The position numbers and the translations under genes are program-made. The notes under the pieces are model-generated. The model made no database searches. It had not been told where the DNA came from and was given only the letters and a program-made list of their open reading frames with translations. A stretch of DNA of 56,318 nt, counting the filler, from Sphacelaria rigidula (lineage: Eukaryota), in assembly GCA_964200075.2 (NCBI GenBank). It is 5 parts of 5 records of this genome, joined end to end, with 100 filler letters (N's around TTAATTAATTAA, not from the genome) between each part and the next. Parts side by side here need not be neighbours in the genome. Positions count along the whole stretch, not along the records: positions 22,569 to 33,752 come from CAXNAA020005272.1; positions 33,853 to 45,035 come from CAXNAA020005273.1; 3 more parts are not named here. One strand, given 5' to 3'. Shown piece after piece: positions 22,646-35,936 of the stretch (its first letter is position 1; each line of letters starts with the position of its first letter).

Positions 22646-25114
22646 TATTCGATTCCGGTCCGTCAATATTGTTTACAACTACACGTATGATAATGCCGGG
22701 ATTTTGTTGGTGGAAAGTTGTTGTGCACCATTTGAACGGGGCAGGTTCGGCTGTGCGCGAAGATTATTCGTAGAGGATCGAAGGGTATCTCTACCTGAAG
22801 TCACCGAAAAACTGAGCACGCGCGGTTCCTCTGGCGAATAATTAGAATGTGCACATGCTGGGGCGTGGAATATACACAGCACTTCCCTTGCTGGACCTGT
22901 TCCCATCAACATAGTACACCCAAATGATCCAACATGTCTGCTGGATTGCTCCGCTGTGTGGCGAGCAGTTCACGACAACACACCACTTCGCGCAGTCGGA
23001 CCCGCGGCATGAAGTTGGCACACTCTCGTGGACCGCCCATCACGGGCTGGCGCAAACGCAATAATTGCACTGCGGAGGAGCAAATGCTAAGTACAGCGCA
23101 CGCCATGTGATCACCATAATGCGGATGATACGCGAGGTACACGAGTAGAAAACGCAGGTGAGGTACGACATCATACTTTTGATTGTCGACAGCCGAATGG
23201 AAAATCGACCGCAAACCAATCTTACCAGATATCCGACGTACCATTGCCCTCTGTCTGCGGCCATCCACACATATCCCCTCATGTGTTCAACAAGGATACC
23301 ACAAAAACGCTGCGCACACAGGTGCCCATTGCGCACCGTGTGAGATATGCACATGATATCACAGCACAAAACCGACAACCGACTACAACCATGGACAAGC
23401 CACAAAACACCACTCGAATTATGGCGTCGAGCGACACCAACTCGCCAAGCACAAGGCTCCACGCCATCTCCATAGCCATCAAGCTGCTATTCCCACCCCC
23501 CACTTCCCCACACACACCACCACGAGCAATTTCCATTTTTCTTCCTTCCCCTCGTACTGTGTATCAAGGTATCAAGGCCGACCTCTGCGTGCAAGTGCCC
23601 GGCGCTCCGACCCACCACATGTGGACAGTACACATCATATTTGTTTGATATCAGAATGAAGCGAACCATGATGCACATCCGTTTGTGAATTGGCGCTCCC
23701 TTGCCTTCCCTGTTCAAAGATGCGAGTCCCAAATGACCGCTCGTCCGTGTCTCCTCTTCACTTCACCGCCTGTACAGCGATGGACGTTTGCTGACGACGT
23801 AGGACAAACTACTACTACTGCAGACAACAACTGCAGCTACCAAACGATTGGGCCGTCGTGTAGTGACGATGGTTGGGACGATGCCTAATTTCCAGCATGT
23901 CTTAATCCTCCGATAGGGGGTACGAGGTATGTTGAGGCATTTCGTGTATCAAAATGCTGCTTCAAATCGTCGTCGAAAGCAGCAGCGTTTGTTCGATCGC
24001 GCTTGGTGCCAGTAGGACACGCTCGTTCATACTACCTGACGCCATTTTCGCCCCAAGACAAGCGCATCTCGGGTTATGACACGCCTACTATGAGCCCCCT
24101 TTTCTGGCAATCAAACACCCACCACTATCGCAGGATCATCCCAAAGCTGCGCGGAATGGAGATGCCGCAAGAAACGTCATCCCTCAGACGCACCCGACAC
24201 TACGCACCAACAGTCTTTCACTCGCACGCTAGAATCCTACATACATAGCACCGACTCGAACGAAGTAAACGAACTAGTCGTTGTGAGTTGTGAGTTATGG
24301 GTGCTGTGTAGTAACGATATCTACGGGATTTCTTCGTGCTGCATCTCGGGCGAAGCCCTCCATTAACCGTGCTGCTTGAGTTAGGGTCGTCTTGCAACTA
24401 TATCGGCGCTGACCCTGGGTTGGAAAATGTTGTTCAGTGCTCCTCGCGAAGTAACGCCAGCAGGGAGCCCGGCCCGTCTTCACGGCTGAAAACATAACGA
24501 AGGTGAGTTGAAGCCCTGCAGAAGACTTCAGGACAAAAGCCCCTTCGATCTTTTCATCAAGACTGACCAGGGAGAAATGTGTATCCTGTGCTTGTGTGGA
24601 AGTGTCTCGGGCGGGACTACGCTCGCACGGTTCGCCGAGCTTGGTGACGAGGCTCGCGCCATCGTCGGACGATCGTCTTAGTATCATAATTGACTATCTG
24701 ACTGTCGCACTTTTACTGGTCCCCCAAGGAAAGAGCCGCGTTCACATGATAGACGTGCCCGACTCAAAAACAAGACTGAAAGACTCGCTGAGGCACAACG
24801 ATGTGGCGCTGCAAAGCGTTTCATGCATATCTGTCTCGATGGTGACGTGTCGTGTGTCCTGTGTTCACCTCCGTGCGGGTCGCGCCGATCGTCGTGTTTG
24901 CCATCGCATTACTATCCTGTTCATTATTAGCGTTATGCATCTCCGCTGCGTACTGGAATCAGTATAATCGAGCCCGGTTTTCCATACTTTATCCAAGTCA
25001 AAAATGGTCATTTTCGGAACACCATTTCCAACACGCCTTGACTATGGAATTGGATTGTGCCTTGAGTGCGGAATTGGATTGGATTGCCGTCAAACATGCA
25101 GCAACAGCTATATA

Positions 25115-25480
25115 TATATACAGTCGCTCTTATGGCTTACCGCCATTGCACAACACTACAATGGTACTCGTATGTGTGGTCGCTCTTATGGCTTGCGGCA
25201 TCACTTGCGGCGGCAGCGACTCTCACGACAAGCACAACAACGGTGATCGGTCATCACAATCGGTGATCGGTCATCTGCTCTTGCACTACGCTACAACGGT
25301 AGCTCGTATCTGCAGTCGCTCTTGTGGCTTGCAGCATCACCTCTCACAAAGCCGAACGACCGTGATCGCTGTCATGCTCGCCCCTCTCAATGATTGCAAC
25401 ATCACTTGGATTATAAAAGAGCACCAGCTACATGTCCTCTTGCACTACCCCACAACAGTACTTCGGTGCTCAGTCGCGTC
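25115..25480. repeat. Degenerate internal tandem repeat
   Basis: gtcgctctt(a/g)tggctt three times, ctcttgcactac twice and cggtgatcggtcatc twice. Confidence 0.6.
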
Positions 25481-27399
25481 ATTGCACAGACGCTGTCGTC
25501 AACGTGGAGCACGACAACAGTTAGACATGCTAATCGGGGCCAAAACATATACGAGAAAAATCAAAAAGTGTGTCGAATCTTCATGTTGGAAAATCGCACA
25601 CGCCAATGAGATGGGAATGATCCACCCAGTCGATCAGCAAAGGGGTGAATGGGCCGCCCGGTCGGTTGGGAAAAGAAGCGCAGAGACCATCTGCACCCAT
25701 GACACGCACACCTTGCTGCTGCATTGCATCGTCCGTACGGTCTGTTCATCATCCATTTTCACGTTAAAACTGTGACAATGCAACACAAATTACCCACGCT
25801 GGGGGTGCCCGTCTGTACAGGTCGAGACAAAGCCGATCGAAAACGCACAGTACAGTACAGCAGTACAATGCTTTCCATTACAGTACGGTGCTGTCTTCTC
25901 TCTCCCCCCCGTTGCGTTGGTTCCGTTCATCTATGGGTATCACCAAGGGTCAGATCACACGAAACCCTTCGACCCCGTCATCCCTTCCTGCCTCCAGTTG
26001 CAAAAAAAAGTCCTTGGGCTGCGGTGTTCATTTTTGAAGCAAATAGTACGCCAATATAAACACAACTGACCCATCATGATGGTGGCTGGCGTCTGTGAAT
26101 ATTGACAAAGCCGAAGTGCACCGTACAGCACAGTACAATCAGACAGCGCAGTACAGTACAACGTTATCTTCTCTGTGCTCCCCGCCGCATTCCTCCCTTC
26201 TTCTGTGGGTATTGTCGAGTATCGTATTACTCCTTCGGAGAGCGCCACCTCTTCCCGCCTGCTCGAAGAGAGTGGCGCTTGATCGCCAGGGCGGTGTCTT
26301 GTGTTCATTTTTCAAGTCAAAATCACTGGACACGGTCGCTTCTTCCTATAATAACCGACTCTAAAGTTGAACTCTCCGACCTCTGATTGGGTCATCTGGA
26401 TTTTGCATTCATTTTTCAAGTGAAAAGTATGCCGATACAACGTATGACCGACCTTAGGGTGAGTGGAGGGTGAGTGACACTTCGCAGCGGACGGAGGCTG
26501 TAGAGGCGGTACGGCGAGCATGGCGGTTCCAATACAATGAAAACCACAGACGAAGAGGAGAGCACAATTCGGTCACGATAATTTTGTCTGTTTCAGTACA
26601 CGCCATGTTCTTTACAGTAGGTTCCTTTTGCGGCTGTAGTGGCGACGCTTTTCTCAACAGAAAATGTCTGAGTGCATCATATTTGCACATGCACCCGCAC
26701 CGAACGAAAGTTACTCGGCGGCCGATTCAGGTCTGCCCCTCGACATTTCCCCCCCGAGCCCCTTCTGGCTGTCAATAGTTTTCACTTGCATTTAATGGGG
26801 ACGGTGCGTTGCTCAGGACACTCCATCGAGGGATAGATTTCATCCGGGCGTTCCTCCACGGTTACGTCGGCGATTCGAGCGCCGATTGTTGCGTTGGGTG
26901 CTCACAACCCCAACGTCACACTGAAACGCCCATTTCAGGGCACGTCCCGCGGTCAGATCAGTAAGCCGGAAATTATATATATATATATATATATATATTT
27001 CAGGTTAGAGTGTACGCCTTCAAAGCAGGAGGATAAGGCCGCGGCTATGGGGTGCGTGAGGATAGTCAGCAACAGAATGTAGGGTGTGAACAGGGAGGGT
27101 GTTACCTGCGCGCGCGATCAACCCGTCAAGAGATTGGATCGTAAAAGCAAGTGTATTTGGGCGGAGCATCCCAGGACATGAAAGGAAAAGGCGATTTTTT
27201 GTCTGTGATCATCATGATTTCCTCGAACAGCCCATTCACTTTTTTTACCCCGACTAGCATGTCTAACTGTGTTGTGAGTTGTCGTTCCACCTATTCCGGA
27301 CGACGGTCTACACCTTTCGGTATATGCGGGCGCACTAGCCGGGGTCACACAGGAGGAAGGCCAACACAGGAGTGTTTTTCTTTTTTAATTCTCTACCTT

Positions 27400-27620
27400 C
27401 CTTCTGCGGTACCTTTCTTTATTTGTCATCGCGAGAGAGCTTCAGCAGTCCCTTTCCCTCATCGACCATTAAGTCGAATTTTTGTGTACCCCCGACATAG
27501 TCGTTCTCCATTGTTGGGCATGGTGTGACAAAAACTCCCGGATCGCTCCGATATTTGAACCCACGACCCGACCGTCAGAAGGTTTCGAGGTTACCAACTG
27601 AGCCACCGAGGCGACGGGCG
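27400..27620 (-). mobile_element. tRNA-derived SINE
   Basis: Minus strand has A box TGGCTCAGTTGG and B box GGTTCAAAT, followed by a non-tRNA body (cgactatgtcg...gggactgctgaa...ctctcgcgat) that is also present at 10425-10720. Confidence 0.75.
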
Positions 27621-27844
27621 ACTCCGTACTGTGGAAGGATTTCTTCTTCAGGAGGTGGCCATCAACCGTGTCTGGTGTGCATAAGAAGGTGATTAGTGCA
27701 TGGTGCGGTGCGCCCTCGGGTGTACAGGTGTATGGAGAGTGGTCTGAGGACGCCCTTGGGTGAATCGCTAGTTGCGCGTGAGGCTGAATCTTAGTATCAA
27801 TCGAACGAGTGTATTGACGCAACACATAATTCTTGATCAAGCTA

Positions 27845-29049
27845 CGAGCTGGGCCAGCCGAGAAGCGACTCTGTAGTTTGCAGGCCCATTAATTATACGG
27901 CCAATACTTGATGTTGGACCCTGACATTTGGTATGGACAATGAGTAGGGCATAACAAAAAAAAAGACTAGTGCACAAGGTTTTTTTTTTTCATGAGTTAG
28001 GGGCATTTTACCGATATCTGAAAACTGATTATTGCCCTTAACTCATGAAATAAAAAAAAACTTGTGTGCACTAGTCATTTTTTTTTTATGCCCAACTCAT
28101 TGTCCACACCAAAATTCAGGGTCCAACTCCAAGTATTGGCCGTAGAATGGGCCGTTTAGTAACAGGGTCAGAAGAAATTCGGAAAAGTATTTTGCAGGCC
28201 ATTTACCGGCCGACGTTTGGTGTTTGTGTGTTGAAACTTTGTGTGGGGCGTGGCTAGGGCATATTCAACAAAACAAAGTGGGTGAGGTCGTTTTTTTCTT
28301 TTTCTTCGTTGGTTTAGGGCGTTTAAGTCTGGTAAAGACCACTTTTTCATGAGAACGCCTGAACCTCTCCAAAACAAAAAAATGAAGGCCCATTTATTTT
28401 TTCATTTTTTCATACCTCTGTGGTCCTCCATGCTGAGTTTCAAATTGCAATTCTAGATATTGAGCTAAAAAACTGAGATAAGGCCCAAAAGCAGTGTTCA
28501 TTTCTCTTCAAAACTGTCCCAAAAAAAAAAAAAGAAAAAAGAAAATCGAAAAAATTGAAAAAGCTGTGTTCATGAGCTTCATTGTGCACTAGCGGTTCTC
28601 CATACGAAATTTCATAGCATAACTCTCAAAAACTGACACGCGATATCCAGGTTTAGCTAATCAAGCGCATCTGCTCGAAATATACTGAATTTAGTATGGA
28701 AAACTAGGTGCGCCATAGCTCGAGATAGATAACGAATTAGGTGAAGGCGAGGGTATCTATCGTCTCCCCGTGCTCCAGGGAATGTCCACACCAAAATTCG
28801 TCGTCATCCGCTGTATGCATCGATCGGGGGTTTCATAGAGATTTTAGTATGAACGTCCCTCCCTCAGGTATAGGAATCACTAGGCATGGGGTTTAATCGA
28901 CGAGAAAAAATGATCCCAAAATTTTGAGCAGATGGGCACCTTCCCCTCGGTTAGACGACTAATACAATATGCGGATCATGGCCCAACTCGTCCGTGTCGA
29001 CGAGATAGTGCTTTGAGAGCTTAATCCGTGTCTAGGCTGGCCCAGCTCG
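27845..29049. mobile_element. Non-autonomous TA-flanked (Tc1/mariner-type) DNA transposon, family T copy 1
   Basis: Perfect TIRs CGAGCTGGGCCAGCC / GGCTGGCCCAGCTCG, with TA on both flanks (27843-44, 29050-51). 1205 bp, no credible ORF. Confidence 0.9.
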
Positions 29050-30075
29050 TATGCTTCTGAACTTGACCTTTATAAATACTCTGTAGCACTAATAACGCAG
29101 GCGCATCGAGTCTCTTCGTTGGGCGGTATCGATTGCATGCTGACAGCGAGGGAACTGCCGAGAATCGTTGGTATGAGCAATGTGCATAACGCTGGAAGAA
29201 AAACGTGGGATGATGTCTTTATCGCGCGAGCCCTCTCCTTGGCATGCTTCATACTGGACCACTGCACCGGATCGGACGGTCGATGTGACCGCCACTTGTC
29301 ATCTGAATCACACATCGGTGCCATTTCCTCAGTATCACCAGTTTGGTTCCAAGATATTACGGTCTCGCTGAGGACACAAGGAGTCGGCAGTGTGTTTGCG
29401 TGTGTGAATTATACTTTGCGCGTCGATTCCCTCAGCACGCTTTAATCACCACCCCAGCGACAAAAGGCACGCACATATTTGAAACGTATTTCCTACCGGC
29501 GAGTAATATCGATGGTTACATGTATAACTGCGGGAGAAGATACCCCAAGGCCACCGGAAAGAGGCTCACTGCCGCCTGCTCATCTAAAATATCACCGATG
29601 AGCTTTCGCGTTTATACGCTCCATCTCAGGTTCTAACACCCCTCGCGGAGATGACAGTGTCTCGGTACACATGGTAGCTGCAGAGACGAATCAAGTTGCT
29701 CTGTGCAGGTAAGACGCATCCCTACCAGCCACCCGCTTACGACTCGATGGCATTCTTTAGTAGTCAACGATATTCTATCGCATGACGGACGGGTCTATCG
29801 GAAAATGACTGTTTGGCTTGTACAAATAGTAAAATATGTCTGAGTTACTTTGGAGAGGTGCCCATCGCTGGTTTTCGCGGCGCACTGGGTGGAATTGAGC
29901 CAGAATTCGATGACGACGTAGCTTTAGAGACATGCTACAGCTGTGTATCACTCTCATTGTGGTCTTGTGCTCTGCCCACTTCTTTCACTCCATCGCGTCT
30001 TTATGTTTGGGGTGGTGGTGGCGAACGTGACACTATACAGGCCATAACACTGCGGAACAGTTCAAGGTTATGGTA

Positions 30076-30172
30076 TATTATTATTATTATTATTATTTCC
30101 GCACATTAGTCCGATCTCGCGATCCCGTGGTCACAGACGTAGGCTCGTCTTTCCAACACCGTCCTCGTCTAT
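30076..30172 (-). mobile_element. 5'-truncated retroposon 3' end with (AAT)n tail
   Basis: (tat)n ttccgcacattagtccgatctcgcgatcccgtggtcacagacgt, the reverse complement of 10531-10592. Confidence 0.75.
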
Positions 30173-30492
30173 AGGGCATGGATATTAATTTTGGATATCG
30201 TATTGAAAATTTTGATGTATCGTATCGCAATATCGTTATCGTTGTCGTATCGAAATCATTTCCATAAAACGATAACGAAACGTCCGACACGATACAATAC
30301 GACGATAAGTGCTGTCTTTTTACCAAAATAGTGGGAGCTATTCAACATATAGCTGGTGAGGTGTGATCGTTCGGCTTACTCATTCTGCTCTTCACGTTGA
30401 CGTGTCCTGCTTCTGGCTTCGGGCAAGCATATGCTTCAAGGAGACCTTTCTACTCGTTGGTCATGCTACTTCGGGGGGTAAGAATTGTAATA

Positions 30493-31615
30493 CGAGCTGG
30501 ACCAGCCGAGAAGCGAATTTGAAGTTTGCAGGCCCATTCACCGGCCAATATTTAGAGTTGGACCTGTTGGTATGGGCAATGAAAAAGGCATAATGAAAAC
30601 AAATACCAGTGCACACAAGGTGCTTTTTCTTTTTGATGAGTCAAGGGCAATATCCTGATACCTGAAAAAAAATGGTGTGCACTGGTAATGGTTGTTAGTA
30701 TGCCCTACTCATTGTCCACACCAAATTTCAGGGTCCAACTCTTAATATTGGCCGTACGATGGGCCGTTTAGTGACGGGGTCAGAAGAAATTCGGAAAAGT
30801 ATTTTGCAGGCCATTTATTGGCCCATATTAGGTGTTTGTGTATTGAAAATTTGTGTGGGCCGTGGCTAGGGCATAATTAAGAAAACAAAGTGGGTCAGGT
30901 TGATTTTTTTTTCCACTGGTTTTGGGCGTTCTAGTATGGACTCCACCATTTTTTTACGAGAACGCCCAAACCTCTCTAAAAAAGAAAATGAAGGCCCATT
31001 TTTTTTTCAGCATACCTCTGTGGTTTTGTATCCTGAGTGTCAAATCACAATTCTAAAAATTGAGCTAAAAAAATGAGACAAGGCCCAAAAGCGTGTTCAT
31101 TTCTCCCAAAGGAAAAAATTGAAATTTTCATGCTTTTAAGCTTTATTGTGCACTAGCAGTTCTCCATACGAAATTTTATAGCATAACTCTCAAAAACTGA
31201 CGCGCGATATCCAGGTTTAGTTCATCTAGTGCACCTGCTCGTAATATACTGATTTTAGTATGGAAAACTAGGTGCGCCATAGCTCGAGATAGATTACGAA
31301 TTAGGTGAAGGCGAGGGTATTGATCGTCTCCCCGTACTCCAAGGAATGTTCTCACGAAAGTTCGTAGTCATCCGCTGTATGCATCGATCGGGAGTTTTAT
31401 AGAGATTTTAGTATGGACGCCTTCTCCGTAAGGTATGGGAATTACTAGACATGGGGTTTAATCGACGAGAAAATATGGGCCCAAACTTTTGAGCAGATGG
31501 GCACCTTCCTCTTGGTTAGACGACTAATACGATATGCGGATCACGGCTCAACTCGTCCGTGTCGATGAGATATCGCTTTGAGAGCTTAAATCCGTGTCTA
31601 GGCTGGCCCAGCTCG
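30493..31615. mobile_element. Family T copy 2
   Basis: TA-CGAGCTGGACCAGCC...GGCTGGCCCAGCTCG-TA. Colinear with copy 1, 1123 bp, with part of the foldback deleted. Confidence 0.9.
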
Positions 31616-33627
31616 TACCTCTTCTCGTTAAAATGAGCCAATTATGTCTATTCTATTTTCCCCTTCGACTTTCGTTTTCAAGTGTGTTATTTTATTGAGA
31701 CCTAAATGTCGAGATTGCGGGCACAATAATCGCATAGTCAGTTCAATACAGAGATGCCCGAAGTGCCTTCATGCTCTCTCTTGATCTGCTGTTTTGATCT
31801 GTTCAAGACGGCAGTACATGTGGCGGCATGTGCTCGTTTATCGCTGTTTTAACACGGGATTTCACAGATTGCGGATGGATTTTTTTGTAGGGTAGGCCTT
31901 GGGAACGTTCATAGTATGAGCGGTGATCGAAATATTTTCGGGAGGGGATGCAAATTCATCCTCTGGCCGTGATGGGTGGCCTCGTTCACTTAAAAAAAAA
32001 TCGATTTGTAAGATCTCGTGTTTATTCCGAACAATGTCGACCTCCCTTCTTTCCCGTACAAAAAAGGTCGTTCCCATTCTTTAGAATCCCCTGTTACAGC
32101 ACAGAATACTACAAATGTTGGGTATGGACCTTTCCTTGAGGATGAGCGAGGCCACACATCACGGCCGGACAGTGCGTTTGCATTCGTGTCAAAATATTTC
32201 GAATATTACGAAGGTTCCGCAGGCTTATCTTCGAAAACAAGTCCATCCGCAATTTGTATAATCCCGTGTTTTATGCCCCTGACTCTGCTGGACATGCTCC
32301 GAGTACTATAGTTCTGTCGATGCTTCTCTTTTCGAATCTGCTTTTGGTCATGCTCGTTTTGTTTTTCGGGAAAATTACTCTCATGTGTGCGCGCAGAATG
32401 GGTAAGGCCCAAGGGAATTTTGTGTTTTGTCAAACCCCGACAATTTGCTTTCTCCTAGACTGGGAGGCCTTGATTAGTGATCATTGATTACAGTGTGCCA
32501 ATTTTGATGGGGAATGAAGCCAAGACAGCCCAATGTTCATGCTTCCGCCTGCGCCTCCCGCGGTCTCGCCAGCCAGGGGGAGCGGGGCGTTTGGGGCTCG
32601 CACAGCGAGTCTGCTCGCTGCGCTAGCACTTCGGCTTCGCCGAAATTTATAGAAATGTATCGATATTGAAAGCTGAATTTCAATATCGTGTCGAAGTTGT
32701 ACCGTATCTGACACAACGAAGGTTAATTATTCCGAAACCATGCTTCGATACATGATGCTTTTCTATGCACACAGTAGTTGGCTTCCGGTTTGGTTTCGGT
32801 CTTTTTTTTTTCGCTTAGGATTCACCTGAGGACGCTTAGAGAGGAAAACAGTGAACGACTGTTCTGTAGTGTACGGGTAATTTCGATAGGGAGGCTTACA
32901 GGACTCACAGAACTGTAGGGTACGGGTAATACCCGGGAAAATACTCCCGGGAATACAAAACATCGTACCCGATAGAACTCACCCTTGGAACAGGTCTTCA
33001 GCGGCTTGTTTCACATAAATCATCATATAGATTAGCTCATACCTATGGGGGCGCCGCCGACTCAGAGACGCAGAGTTGACTCATACGGCTATACTCCAAA
33101 AATTAACACAATACCGATCGACTCTCGTCATTCATCAGAGCTGCAGCAGTTGGACACCTGGGAAACTACACCGCAAGCAGGCCTTCAATACGAAAAGCCA
33201 ACAGAAGCCAAGAGTGTTGAAAAAAATAATGGTTCGTTCGCCATTTGGGGGCACTCCGCGGAGAAACGATGGGAGATCTTCTGTGCCGTATCTGACGAGT
33301 GCTCTCTGATTGCATGACTCCAGGGTACAGTAATAGCAGCGCAAGCATGTATCACACTCCATTATTGTATGTATTTTTTGTGCAATTCAGTACCGTTCGG
33401 CACATGTACAGCCAGCAGACTATTGTTCAAGTGCCATGAAGACAGACTGGAGTCGCGAGCACCCTGAATACTGTTGTTGTCTGTGCGACGCACCACTACA
33501 ATACAGCAACCGTAGTACCTGTACTCGTAGGAGATACTTGAACGTGAGCGCGGGTCAGGTTATTCAAGCATGGATTCGAAAATAGTATACGAACAATTTT
33601 TCCTAGAAGGGCCCTCGACTCGAGCTA

Positions 33628-33752
33628 CGAGTTGGGCCAGCCTAGAAACGAATTGAATCTCCCAAAGCCATAATATAGGCCGAAGCTCTCGAGAGCAGGG
33701 CGGCGCGTGTACTGCGCCAAGTTGACAGAAGGTTTTAGTGGGAGCATCCCCC
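33628..33752. mobile_element. Terminus of an element sharing the family T TIR, running into the gap
   Basis: ta-cgagttgggccagcctagaaacg. The interior diverges from family T after about 40 bp. Confidence 0.65.
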
Positions 33753-33852
33753 NNNNNNNNNNNNNNNNNNNNNNNNNNNNNNNNNNNNNNNNNNNNTTAA
33801 TTAATTAANNNNNNNNNNNNNNNNNNNNNNNNNNNNNNNNNNNNNNNNNNNN
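33753..33852. other. Artificial contig linker
   Basis: Same 100-bp spacer. Confidence 0.97.
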
Positions 33853-34877
33853 GAGGCCAGTGGATTCTGGAGAAGTCCCTCACTGAATAGCCCTCTTGTC
33901 CAGATCGTCTGGCAGAGGCTATAGCCTCCTGTTTATTTTTCATAGCGGAACAAAGAAGAACGCCCACCTTCACCACCATGATCACAGCCAGTTCAAAATT
34001 AGTATACCCTAACAAGCAAAGTGGGACATCTATCATAACTGTAATACGCATCACAATGGACGGCCATTCACGAAGTAGAAACGCTTTGCATCGCAATCAG
34101 AAGACCTCCCTGACGCTGCCACGATATCAGCATTCGCTTGGTTGCGATGAGTACAAATTCCAATGCTCGGCGGATACACGCTGTTGCCTTGGGTGCATTC
34201 CTCATTTTTGCCAGCCTCAGCTGTAAGAAGACGGTGTGAACGATTCGTAGTCTACAACACACAAGCAGTACTACACCTGGCTACATTGTCATTACGTTCA
34301 TTTACGTTAGAGTTCATGACTTCTTGCACCACCGTTACGGGTGGCATGTTGAGAAATCATCACGATGCGGCCTTGTCGGTTGTTCGAATCTGCTTCGTAC
34401 TGCTGTACTGTACAATTGACTGGACGGTATCGCCGCAGTTCACCGTACCGCGATGTACTGTTGTAGGGTTAGGGGTTTGCATTGCACTCGCTGTACTGCA
34501 CTGGCTGTACTCTACACTGCACAGCACTACAGTACCCTGTGGTGCGCCGTGGTGGATTGAAGTACTACAGGTGCAATGAAGCATAGTGTACAGTGCGTAC
34601 CGTGCCGCGGGGTATGGTACAGTCAATGCTGTGTCGACCTGTGCATTTTCGGACCCCACACTGGTCGATCACACATTTGGAGGCACAACCTGCGGCCAAT
34701 CATTGCGATGGAAAGAACTTCACATCAAGCCACGTCACATCATCTTCTGCTATAAAATGTTGAGCGTCCACTCTGAAGTTTCAGTGCTTTCACCCTACAC
34801 TCTGACTATGATAAGAAAAAATATCTTCCGAAACTCTGTAATAAAAGAAGTTGCGAATGCACCAATATATATATATT

Positions 34878-35936
34878 GTTTTCATGAATTGAAGGCATTT
34901 TACTGATACCTCAAAACTGATCATTGCCCTTCAATCAAAGAATTAAAAAACTGTTTGTGCACTCATATTTTGTTTTATGCCCTATGCATTATCCACACCA
35001 AAAATTACGCTCCAACTCTAAATATTGGCCGACGAATGGGCAGTTAAAAAAAACGGGTGGGTAGAAATTCGGAACAGTGTTTCGCGGGCCATTCATCAGC
35101 CCACGTTTGGTTGTTGTGTGTTAACATTTTGTGTGGGCCGTCGTTAGAGCATACTTGGCAAAACATTTGGTCAGTTTTTTTCCCCACTGGTTTAGGGCGT
35201 TCTAGTATATGATAAAGACCATTTCTTCACGAGAACGCACTAACCTTCATAAATAAAAAAATGAAGGCTCGCCCTTTCTTTTTATCCGGCACACCTTCGT
35301 GGTTCTCCATGCTAAGTTTGAAACCACAATTCTAAAAATTCGAGCTGAAACATTGAGATATGGCCGGAAAGCAGTGAAATTTTCTTTCAAAACTGCCCCC
35401 AAACCCCGAAACAATCTATAAAAACTCGAAAAAAGATGAAAAAGCTGTCTTTTTAGCTTTACAATACACTAGTGGTTCCTCATACGAAGTTTCATAGCAT
35501 AATTCTCAAACGCTGAGATGCGATATTCAGATTTAGTTCATGTAGTGACCCTCCCCTGCTCGTAGTATATTGATTTTAGGATGAAAAAATTACGTGCGCC
35601 ATATCTCGAGATAGATGACGAATGAGGTGAAGATGAGGATATATATCGTCTCCCCGTACTCCAGGGAATGTCCACGCCAAAAGTCTTTATCATCCGGTGA
35701 CTGCATCGATCGGGGTTTCACATAGATTTTAGTAGCGACGCTATCTCCGTTAGGAATAGGAATCACCAGACATGGGGTCTAATCAACGAGAAAATATTGG
35801 CCCAGACGTGTGAGCAGATGTGCACCTTCCCCTTGGTTAGACGATCAATACAATATGGGGATCATGGCCCAACTCGTCTGCGTCGATGAGGTATTGCTTT
35901 GAGAGTTCAAACCTGTTTCTAGGTTGGCCCAGCCCA
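34878..35936. mobile_element. Family T copy 3 (older, left end missing)
   Basis: Colinear with the interior of copy 1 (ccacaccaaaa...tattggcc; atctcgagatagat; gagcagatg). Ends aggttggcccagccca-ta. Confidence 0.8.

Noticed and set aside
24852..25775. 307-aa plus-strand ORF
   Set aside because: It has a non-ATG start, overlaps a degenerate tandem repeat and a TA run, and shows no domain-like content.
27530..27620. Functional tRNA gene
   Set aside because: It has A and B boxes but no proper cloverleaf, and it continues into a body shared with 10425-10720, so it is a SINE.
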